A DNA stretch of 64,000 nucleotides from the human T2T-CHM13v2.0 reference genome, Homo sapiens, in NCBI RefSeq assembly GCF_009914755.1, contig NC_060942.1; one strand, 5' to 3'. The stretch's first letter is position 1. The number at the start of each line of letters is the position of its first letter. This document shows, piece after piece, positions 1 to 10,700 of the stretch. The position numbers and the translations under genes are program-made. Under the pieces are notes generated by a model. The model searched no databases. It saw only the letters and a list, made by a program, of their open reading frames with translations, and was not told the origin of the DNA.

Positions 1-60
1 GCAGTTTTGAAACACTCTTTTTCTGGAATCTGCAAGAGTATATTTGCCTAGCCTTGAGGA

Positions 61-77
61 TTTCGTTGGAAACGGGA
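61..77 (+). promoter_or_regulatory. CENP-B box (recurs in every HOR)
   Basis: TTTCGTTGGAAACGGGA matches the consensus YTTCGTTGGAARCGGGA. Confidence 0.95.
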
Positions 78-402
78 TTGTCTTCAGAGAAAATCTAGAC
101 AGAAGCATTCTCAGAAACTTCTTTGGGATGCTTGCATTCAAGTCACAGAGTAGAACATTCCCTTTGGTAGAGCAGGTTTGAAACACTCTTTTTGTAGTAT
201 CTGGAAGTGGACATTTGGAGCGCTTTCAGGCCTACGTTGGAAAAGGAAATATCTTCCCATAACAACTAGACAGAAGCATTCTCAGAAACTAGTTTCTGAT
301 GTGTGTCCTCAACTAACACAGTTGAACATTTCTTTAGACAGAACAGTTTTGAAACACTCTTTTTGTGGAATCTGCAAGTGGCTATTTGGCTAGATTTGAG
401 GA

Positions 403-419
403 TTTCGTTGGAAACGGGA
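403..419 (+). promoter_or_regulatory. CENP-B box (recurs in every HOR)
   Basis: TTTCGTTGGAAACGGGA, canonical. Confidence 0.95.
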
Positions 420-569
420 TTACATATAAAAAGCAGTCAGCGGCATTCTCAGAAAGTTCTTTGTGATGATTGCATTCAAGTCACAGAATTGAACATTCCC
501 TTTCACAGAGCAGGTTTGAAACACTCTTTTTGTAGTGTGTGTAAGTGGACATTTGGAGCACTTACCGGC

Positions 570-586
570 CTAAGGTGAAAAAGGAA
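570..586 (+). other. A-box / pJalpha-like motif of an A-type monomer
   Basis: CTAAGGTGAAAAAGGAA, one mismatch to CTAYGGTGRAAAAGGAA, at the position where B monomers carry the CENP-B box. Confidence 0.7.
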
Positions 587-740
587 ATATCTTCCCATAA
601 AAACTAGACAGAAGCATTCTCAGAAACTTACTCGTGATGTGTGTCCTCAACTAAAGGAGTAGAACCTTTCTTTTCATAGAGAAGTTTTGAAACGCTCTTT
701 TTGTGGAATCTGCAAGTGGATATTTGGCTAGTTTTGAGGA

Positions 741-757
741 TTTCGTTGGAAGCGGGA
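741..757 (+). promoter_or_regulatory. CENP-B box overlapping an EcoRI site (756-761)
   Basis: TTTCGTTGGAAGCGGGA followed by ATTC. Confidence 0.95.
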
Positions 758-1078
758 ATTCATACAAATTGCAGACTGCAGCGTTCTGAGAAACATCTTT
801 GTGATGTTTGTATTCAGGACACAGAGTTGAACATTCCCTATCATAGAGCAGGTTTGAATCACTCCTTTTGTAGTATCTGGAAGTGGACATTTGGAGCGCT
901 TTCAGGCCTATGTTGGAAAAGGAAATATCTTCCCATAACAACTAGACAGAAGCATTCTCAGAAACTTATTTGAGATGTGTGTACTCAACTAAGAGAATTG
1001 AACCACCGTTTTGAAGGAGCAGTTTTGAAACTCTCTTTTTCTGGAATCTGCAAGTGGATATTTGGCTAGCTTTGGGGA

Positions 1079-1095
1079 TTTCGCTGGAAGCGGGA
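1079..1095 (+). promoter_or_regulatory. CENP-B box, variant at a non-core position
   Basis: TTTCGCTGGAAGCGGGA keeps the 9 core bases nTTCGnnnnAnnCGGGn. Confidence 0.88.
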
Positions 1096-1244
1096 ATACA
1101 TATAAAAAGCACACAGCAGCGTTCTGAGAAACTGCTTTCTGATGTTTGCATTCAAGTCAAAAGTTGAACACTCCCTTTCATAGAGCAGTCCTGAAACACC
1201 CCTTTTGTAGTATCTGGAACTGGACTTTTGGAGCGATTTCAGGG

Positions 1245-1261
1245 CTAAGGTGAAAAAGGAA
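1245..1261 (+). other. A-box / pJalpha-like motif of an A-type monomer
   Basis: CTAAGGTGAAAAAGGAA, identical to 570-586, 675 bp downstream. Confidence 0.7.
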
Positions 1262-1415
1262 ATATCTTCCCATAAAAACTGGACAGAAGCATTCTCAGAA
1301 ACTTGTTTATGCTGTATCTACTCAACTAACAAAGTTGAACCTTTCTTTTGATAGAGCAGTTTTGAAATGGTCTTTTTGTGGAATCTGCAAGTGGATATTT
1401 GGCTAGTTTTGAGGA

Positions 1416-1432
1416 TTTCGTTGGAAGCGGGA
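1416..1432 (+). promoter_or_regulatory. CENP-B box overlapping an EcoRI site (1431-1436)
   Basis: TTTCGTTGGAAGCGGGA followed by ATTC. Confidence 0.95.
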
Positions 1433-1753
1433 ATTCATACAAATTGCAGACTGCAGCGTTCTGAGAAACATCTTTGTGATGTTTGTATTCAGGACACAGA
1501 GTTGAACATTCCCTATCATAGAGCAGGTTGGAATCACTCCTTTTGTAGTATCTGGAAGTGGACATTTGGAGCGCTTTCAGGCCTATTTTGGAAAGGGAAA
1601 TATCTTCCCGTAACAACTATGCAGAAGCATTCTCAGAAACTTGTTTGTGATGTGTGCCCTCTACTGACAGAGTTGAACCTTTCTTTTCATAGAGCAGTTT
1701 TGAAACACTCTTTTTGTAGAATCTGCAAGAGGATATTTGCATAGCTTTGAGGA

Positions 1754-1770
1754 TTTCGTGGGAAACGGGA
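1754..1770 (+). promoter_or_regulatory. CENP-B box, variant at a non-core position
   Basis: TTTCGTGGGAAACGGGA keeps the 9 core bases nTTCGnnnnAnnCGGGn. Confidence 0.88.
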
Positions 1771-4700
1771 TTGTCTTCAGGTAAAATCTAGACAGAAGCA
1801 TTCTCAGAAACTTCTTTGGGATGTTTGCATTCAAGTCACAGAGTAGAACATTCCCTTTGGTAGAGCAGGTTTGAAACACTCTTTTTGTAGTATCTGGAAG
1901 TGGACATTTGGAGCGCTTTCAGGCCCATGTTGGAAAGGGAAATATCTTCCCGTAACAACTAGGCAGAAGCATTCTCAGAAACTTATTTGAGATGTGTGTA
2001 CTCAACTAAGAGAATTGAACCACCGTTTTGAAGGAGCAGTTTTGAAACACTCTTTTTCTGGAATCTGCAAGAGTATATTTGCCTAGCCTTGAGGATTTCG
2101 TTGGAAACGGGATTGTCTTCAGAGAAAATCTAGACAGAAGCATTCTCAGAAACTTCTTTGGGATGCTTGCATTCAAGTCACAGAGTAGAACATTCCCTTT
2201 GGTAGAGCAGGTTTGAAACACTCTTTTTTTAGTATCTGGAAGTGGACATTTGGAGCGCTTTCAGGCCTACGTTGGAAAAGGAAATATCTTCCCATAACAA
2301 CTAGACAGAAGCATTCTCAGAAACTAGTTTCTGATGTGTGTCCTCAACTAACACAGTTGAACATTTCTTTAGACAGAACAGTTTTGAAACACTCTTTTTG
2401 TGGAATCTGCAAGTGGCTATTTGGCTAGATTTGAGGATTTCGTTGGAAACGGGATTACATATAAAAAGCAGTCAGCGGCATTCTCAGAAAGTTCTTTGTG
2501 ATGATTGCATTCAAGTCACAGAATTGAACATTCCCTTTCACAGAGCAGGTTTGAAACACTCTTTTTGTAGTGTGTGTAAGTGGACATTTGGAGCACTTAC
2601 CGGCCTAAGGTGAAAAAGGAAATATCTTCCCATAAAAACTAGACAGAAGCATTCTCAGAAACTTACTCGTGATGTGTGTCCTCAACTAAAGGGGTAGAAC
2701 CTTTCTTTTCATAGAGAAGTTTTGAAACGCTCTTTTTGTGGAATCTGCAAGTGGATATTTGGCTAGTTTTGAGGATTTCGTTGGAAGCGGGAATTCATAC
2801 AAATTGCAGACTGCAGCGTTCTGAGAAACATCTTTGTGATGTTTGTATTCAGGACACAGAGTTGAACATTCCCTATCATAGAGCAGGTTTGAATCACTCC
2901 TTTTGTAGTATCTGGAAGTGGACATTTGGAGCGCTTTCAGGCCTATGTTGGAAAAGGAAATATCTTCCCATAACAACTAGACAGAAGCATTCTCAGAAAC
3001 TTATTTGAGATGTGTGTACTCAACTAAGAGAATTGAACCACCGTTTTGAAGGAGCAGTTTTGAAACTCTCTTTTTCTGGAATCTGCAAGTGGATATTTGG
3101 CTAGCTTTGGGGATTTCGCTGGAAGCGGGAATACATATAAAAAGCACACAGCAGCGTTCTGAGAAACTGCTTTCTGATGTTTGCATTCAAGTCAAAAGTT
3201 GAACACTCCCTTTCATAGAGCAGTCCTGAAACACCCCTTTTGTAGTATCTGGAACTGGACTTTTGGAGCGATTTCAGGGCTAAGGTGAAAAAGGAAATAT
3301 CTTCCCATAAAAACTGGACAGAAGCATTCTCAGAAACTTGTTTATGCTGTATCTACTCAACTAACAAAGTTGAACCTTTCTTTTGATAGAGCAGTTTTGA
3401 AATGGTCTTTTTGTGGAATCTGCAAGTGGATATTTGGCTAGTTTTGAGGATTTCGTTGGAAGCGGGAATTCATACAAATTGCAGACTGCAGCGTTCTGAG
3501 AAACATCTTTGTGATGTTTGTATTCAGGACACAGAGTTGAACATTCCCTATCATAGAGCAGGTTGGAATCACTCCTTTTGTAGTATCTGGAAGTGGACAT
3601 TTGGAGCGCTTTCAGGCCTATTTTGGAAAGGGAAATATCTTCCCGTAACAACTATGCAGAAGCATTCTCAGAAACTTGTTTGTGATGTGTGCCCTCTACT
3701 GACAGAGTTGAACCTTTCTTTTCATAGAGCAGTTTTGAAACACTCTTTTTGTAGAATCTGCAAGAGGATATTTGCATAGCTTTGAGGATTTCGTGGGAAA
3801 CGGGATTGTCTTCAGGTAAAATCTAGACAGAAGCATTCTCAGAAACTTCTTTGGGATGTTTGCATTCAAGTCACAGAGTAGAACATTCCCTTTGGTAGAG
3901 CAGGTTTGAAACACTCTTTTTGTAGTATCTGGAAGTGGACATTTGGAGCGCTTTCAGGCCCATGTTGGAAAGGGAAATATCTTCCCGTAACAACTAGGCA
4001 GAAGCATTCTCAGAAACTTATTTGAGATGTGTGTACTCAACTAAGAGAATTGAACCACCGTTTTGAAGGAGCAGTTTTGAAACACTCTTTTTCTGGAATC
4101 TGCAAGAGTATATTTGCCTAGCCTTGAGGATTTCGTTGGAAACGGGATTGTCTTCAGAGAAAATCTAGACAGAAGCATTCTCAGAAACTTCTTTGGGATG
4201 CTTGCATTCAAGTCACAGAGTAGAACATTCCCTTTGGTAGAGCAGGTTTGAAACACTCTTTTTGTAGTATCTGGAAGTGGACATTTGGAGCGCTTTCAGG
4301 CCTACGTTGGAAAAGGAAATATCTTCCCATAACAACTAGACAGAAGCATTCTCAGAAACTAGTTTCTGATGTGTGTCCTCAACTAACACAGTTGAACATT
4401 TCTTTAGACAGAACAGTTTTGAAACACTCTTTTTGTGGAATCTGCAAGTGGCTATTTGGCTAGATTTGAGGATTTCGTTGGAAACGGGATTACATATAAA
4501 AAGCAGTCAGCGGCATTCTCAGAAAGTTCTTTGTGATGATTGCATTCAAGTCACAGAATTGAACATTCCCTTTCACAGAGCAGGTTTGAAACACTCTTTT
4601 TGTAGTGTGTGTAAGTGGACATTTGGAGCACTTACCGGCCTAAGGTGAAAAAGGAAATATCTTCCCATAAAAACTAGACAGAAGCATTCTCAGAAACTTA

Positions 4701-7700
4701 CTCGTGATGTGTGTCCTCAACTAAAGGGGTAGAACCTTTCTTTTCATAGAGAAGTTTTGAAACGCTCTTTTTGTGGAATCTGCAAGTGGATATTTGGCTA
4801 GTTTTGAGGATTTCGTTGGAAGCGGGAATTCATACAAATTGCAGACTGCAGCGTTCTGAGAAACATCTTTGTGATGTTTGTATTCAGGACACAGAGTTGA
4901 ACATTCCCTATCATAGAGCAGGTTTGAATCACTCCTTTTGTAGTATCTGGAAGTGGACATTTGGAGCGCTTTCAGGCCTATGTTGGAAAAGGAAATATCT
5001 TCCCATAACAACTAGACAGAAGCATTCTCAGAAACTTATTTGAGATGTGTGTACTCAACTAAGAGAATTGAACCACCGTTTTGAAGGAGCAGTTTTGAAA
5101 CTCTCTTTTTCTGGAATCTGCAAGTGGATATTTGGCTAGCTTTGGGGATTTCGCTGGAAGCGGGAATACATATAAAAAGCACACAGCAGCGTTCTGAGAA
5201 ACTGCTTTCTGATGTTTGCATTCAAGTCAAAAGTTGAACACTCCCTTTCATAGAGCAGTCCTGAAACACCCCTTTTGTAGTATCTGGAACTGGACTTTTG
5301 GAGCGATTTCAGGGCTAAGGTGAAAAAGGAAATATCTTCCCATAAAAACTGGACAGAAGCATTCTCAGAAACTTGTTTATGCTGTATCTACTCAACTAAC
5401 AAAGTTGAACCTTTCTTTTGATAGAGCAGTTTTGAAATGGTCTTTTTGTGGAATCTGCAAGTGGATATTTGGCTAGTTTTGAGGATTTCGTTGGAAGCGG
5501 GAATTCATACAAATTGCAGACTGCAGCGTTCTGAGAAACATCTTTGTGATGTTTGTATTCAGGACACAGAGTTGAACATTCCCTATCATAGAGCAGGTTG
5601 GAATCACTCCTTTTGTAGTATCTGGAAGTGGACATTTGGAGCGCTTTCAGGCCTATTTTGGAAAGGGAAATATCTTCCCGTAACAACTATGCAGAAGCAT
5701 TCTCAGAAACTTGTTTGTGATGTGTGCCCTCTACTGACAGAGTTGAACCTTTCTTTTCATAGAGCAGTTTTGAAACACTCTTTTTGTAGAATCTGCAAGA
5801 GGATATTTGCATAGCTTTGAGGATTTCGTGGGAAACGGGATTGTCTTCAGGTAAAATCTAGACAGAAGCATTCTCAGAAACTTCTTTGGGATGTTTGCAT
5901 TCAAGTCACAGAGTAGAACATTCCCTTTGGTAGAGCAGGTTTGAAACACTCTTTTTGTAGTATCTGGAAGTGGACATTTGGAGCGCTTTCAGGCCCATGT
6001 TGGAAAGGGAAATATCTTCCCGTAACAACTAGGCAGAAGCATTCTCAGAAACTTATTTGAGATGTGTGTACTCAACTAAGAGAATTGAACCACCGTTTTG
6101 AAGGAGCAGTTTTGAAACACTCTTTTTCTGGAATCTGCAAGAGTATATTTGCCTAGCCTTGAGGATTTCGTTGGAAACGGGATTGTCTTCAGAGAAAATC
6201 TAGACAGAAGCATTCTCAGAAACTTCTTTGGGATGCTTGCATTCAAGTCACAGAGTAGAACATTCCCTTTGGTAGAGCAGGTTTGAAACACTCTTTTTGT
6301 AGTATCTGGAAGTGGACATTTGGAGCGCTTTCAGGCCTACGTTGGAAAAGGAAATATCTTCCCATAACAACTAGACAGAAGCATTCTCAGAAACTAGTTT
6401 CTGATGTGTGTCCTCAACTAACACAGTTGAACATTTCTTTAGACAGAACAGTTTTGAAACACTCTTTTTGTGGAATCTGCAAGTGGCTATTTGGCTAGAT
6501 TTGAGGATTTCGTTGGAAACGGGATTACATATAAAAAGCAGTCAGCGGCATTCTCAGAAAGTTCTTTGTGATGATTGCATTCAAGTCACAGAATTGAACA
6601 TTCCCTTTCACAGAGCAGGTTTGAAACACTCTTTTTGTAGTGTGTGTAAGTGGACATTTGGAGCACTTACCGGCCTAAGGTGAAAAAGGAAATATCTTCC
6701 CATAAAAACTAGACAGAAGCATTCTCAGAAACTTACTCGTGATGTGTGTCCTCAACTAAAGGGGTAGAACCTTTCTTTTCATAGAGAAGTTTTGAAACGC
6801 TCTTTTTGTGGAATCTGCAAGTGGATATTTGGCTAGTTTTGAGGATTTCGTTGGAAGCGGGAATTCATACAAATTGCAGACTGCAGCGTTCTGAGAAACA
6901 TCTTTGTGATGTTTGTATTCAGGACACAGAGTTGAACATTCCCTATCATAGAGCAGGTTTGAATCACTCCTTTTGTAGTATCTGGAAGTGGACATTTGGA
7001 GCGCTTTCAGGCCTATGTTGGAAAAGGAAATATCTTCCCATAACAACTAGACAGAAGCATTCTCAGAAACTTATTTGAGATGTGTGTACTCAACTAAGAG
7101 AATTGAACCACCGTTTTGAAGGAGCAGTTTTGAAACTCTCTTTTTCTGGAATCTGCAAGTGGATATTTGGCTAGCTTTGGGGATTTCGCTGGAAGCGGGA
7201 ATACATATAAAAAGCACACAGCAGCGTTCTGAGAAACTGCTTTCTGATGTTTGCATTCAAGTCAAAAGTTGAACACTCCCTTTCATAGAGCAGTCCTGAA
7301 ACACCCCTTTTGTAGTATCTGGAACTGGACTTTTGGAGCGATTTCAGGGCTAAGGTGAAAAAGGAAATATCTTCCCATAAAAACTGGACAGAAGCATTCT
7401 CAGAAACTTGTTTATGCTGTATCTACTCAACTAACAAAGTTGAACCTTTCTTTTGATAGAGCAGTTTTGAAATGGTCTTTTTGTGGAATCTGCAAGTGGA
7501 TATTTGGCTAGTTTTGAGGATTTCGTTGGAAGCGGGAATTCATACAAATTGCAGACTGCAGCGTTCTGAGAAACATCTTTGTGATGTTTGTATTCAGGAC
7601 ACAGAGTTGAACATTCCCTATCATAGAGCAGGTTGGAATCACTCCTTTTGTAGTATCTGGAAGTGGACATTTGGAGCGCTTTCAGGCCTATTTTGGAAAG

Positions 7701-10700
7701 GGAAATATCTTCCCGTAACAACTATGCAGAAGCATTCTCAGAAACTTGTTTGTGATGTGTGCCCTCTACTGACAGAGTTGAACCTTTCTTTTCATAGAGC
7801 AGTTTTGAAACACTCTTTTTGTAGAATCTGCAAGAGGATATTTGCATAGCTTTGAGGATTTCGTGGGAAACGGGATTGTCTTCAGGTAAAATCTAGACAG
7901 AAGCATTCTCAGAAACTTCTTTGGGATGTTTGCATTCAAGTCACAGAGTAGAACATTCCCTTTGGTAGAGCAGGTTTGAAACACTCTTTTTGTAGTATCT
8001 GGAAGTGGACATTTGGAGCGCTTTCAGGCCCATGTTGGAAAGGGAAATATCTTCCCGTAACAACTAGGCAGAAGCATTCTCAGAAACTTATTTGAGATGT
8101 GTGTACTCAACTAAGAGAATTGAACCACCGTTTTGAAGGAGCAGTTTTGAAACACTCTTTTTCTGGAATCTGCAAGAGTATATTTGCCTAGCCTTGAGGA
8201 TTTCGTTGGAAACGGGATTGTCTTCAGAGAAAATCTAGACAGAAGCATTCTCAGAAACTTCTTTGGGATGCTTGCATTCAAGTCACAGAGTAGAACATTC
8301 CCTTTGGTAGAGCAGGTTTGAAACACTCTTTTTGTAGTATCTGGAAGTGGACATTTGGAGCGCTTTCAGGCCTACGTTGGAAAAGGAAATATCTTCCCAT
8401 AACAACTAGACAGAAGCATTCTCAGAAACTAGTTTCTGATGTGTGTCCTCAACTAACACAGTTGAACATTTCTTTAGACAGAACAGTTTTGAAACACTCT
8501 TTTTGTGGAATCTGCAAGTGGCTATTTGGCTAGATTTGAGGATTTCGTTGGAAACGGGATTACATATAAAAAGCAGTCAGCGGCATTCTCAGAAAGTTCT
8601 TTGTGATGATTGCATTCAAGTCACAGAATTGAACATTCCCTTTCACAGAGCAGGTTTGAAACACTCTTTTTGTAGTGTGTGTAAGTGGACATTTGGAGCA
8701 CTTACCGGCCTAAGGTGAAAAAGGAAATATCTTCCCATAAAAACTAGACAGAAGCATTCTCAGAAACTTACTCGTGATGTGTGTCCTCAACTAAAGGGGT
8801 AGAACCTTTCTTTTCATAGAGAAGTTTTGAAACGCTCTTTTTGTGGAATCTGCAAGTGGATATTTGGCTAGTTTTGAGGATTTCGTTGGAAGCGGGAATT
8901 CATACAAATTGCAGACTGCAGCGTTCTGAGAAACATCTTTGTGATGTTTGTATTCAGGACACAGAGTTGAACATTCCCTATCATAGAGCAGGTTTGAATC
9001 ACTCCTTTTGTAGTATCTGGAAGTGGACATTTGGAGCGCTTTCAGGCCTATGTTGGAAAAGGAAATATCTTCCCATAACAACTAGACAGAAGCATTCTCA
9101 GAAACTTATTTGAGATGTGTGTACTCAACTAAGAGAATTGAACCACCGTTTTGAAGGAGCAGTTTTGAAACTCTCTTTTTCTGGAATCTGCAAGTGGATA
9201 TTTGGCTAGCTTTGGGGATTTCGCTGGAAGCGGGAATACATATAAAAAGCACACAGCAGCGTTCTGAGAAACTGCTTTCTGATGTTTGCATTCAAGTCAA
9301 AAGTTGAACACTCCCTTTCATAGAGCAGTCCTGAAACACCCCTTTTGTAGTATCTGGAACTGGACTTTTGGAGCGATTTCAGGGCTAAGGTGAAAAAGGA
9401 AATATCTTCCCATAAAAACTGGACAGAAGCATTCTCAGAAACTTGTTTATGCTGTATCTACTCAACTAACAAAGTTGAACCTTTCTTTTGATAGAGCAGT
9501 TTTGAAATGGTCTTTTTGTGGAATCTGCAAGTGGATATTTGGCTAGTTTTGAGGATTTCGTTGGAAGCGGGAATTCATACAAATTGCAGACTGCAGCGTT
9601 CTGAGAAACATCTTTGTGATGTTTGTATTCAGGACACAGAGTTGAACATTCCCTATCATAGAGCAGGTTGGAATCACTCCTTTTGTAGTATCTGGAAGTG
9701 GACATTTGGAGCGCTTTCAGGCCTATTTTGGAAAGGGAAATATCTTCCCGTAACAACTATGCAGAAGCATTCTCAGAAACTTGTTTGTGATGTGTGCCCT
9801 CTACTGACAGAGTTGAACCTTTCTTTTCATAGAGCAGTTTTGAAACACTCTTTTTGTAGAATCTGCAAGAGGATATTTGCATAGCTTTGAGGATTTCGTG
9901 GGAAACGGGATTGTCTTCAGGTAAAATCTAGACAGAAGCATTCTCAGAAACTTCTTTGGGATGTTTGCATTCAAGTCACAGAGTAGAACATTCCCTTTGG
10001 TAGAGCAGGTTTGAAACACTCTTTTTGTAGTATCTGGAAGTGGACATTTGGAGCGCTTTCAGGCCCATGTTGGAAAGGGAAATATCTTCCCGTAACAACT
10101 AGGCAGAAGCATTCTCAGAAACTTATTTGAGATGTGTGTACTCAACTAAGAGAATTGAACCACCGTTTTGAAGGAGCAGTTTTGAAACACTCTTTTTCTG
10201 GAATCTGCAAGAGTATATTTGCCTAGCCTTGAGGATTTCGTTGGAAACGGGATTGTCTTCAGAGAAAATCTAGACAGAAGCATTCTCAGAAACTTCTTTG
10301 GGATGCTTGCATTCAAGTCACAGAGTAGAACATTCCCTTTGGTAGAGCAGGTTTGAAACACTCTTTTTGTAGTATCTGGAAGTGGACATTTGGAGCGCTT
10401 TCAGGCCTACGTTGGAAAAGGAAATATCTTCCCATAACAACTAGACAGAAGCATTCTCAGAAACTAGTTTCTGATGTGTGTCCTCAACTAACACAGTTGA
10501 ACATTTCTTTAGACAGAACAGTTTTGAAACACTCTTTTTGTGGAATCTGCAAGTGGCTATTTGGCTAGATTTGAGGATTTCGTTGGAAACGGGATTACAT
10601 ATAAAAAGCAGTCAGCGGCATTCTCAGAAAGTTCTTTGTGATGATTGCATTCAAGTCACAGAATTGAACATTCCCTTTCACAGAGCAGGTTTGAAACACT

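Larger units (their letters stand above)
106..2140 (+). repeat. One complete 12-monomer HOR unit (2035 bp)
   Basis: Monomer starts at 106, 277, 444, 615, 782, 953, 1120, 1290, 1457, 1628, 1799, 1970, next HOR at 2141. Lengths 171,167,171,167,171,167,170,167,171,171,171,171 sum to 2035. Confidence 0.95.

Noticed and set aside
232-248. CTACGTTGGAAAAGGAA as an extra CENP-B box
   Set aside because: It lacks the TTCG and CGGG core elements; it is a degenerate A-box at the homologous position, as are those near 908, 1583 and 1925.
424-432. TATAAAA TATA-box-like motifs after CENP-B boxes (also ~1101)
   Set aside because: Short AT-rich matches are expected in alphoid DNA, and the sequence alone gives no evidence of promoter activity.
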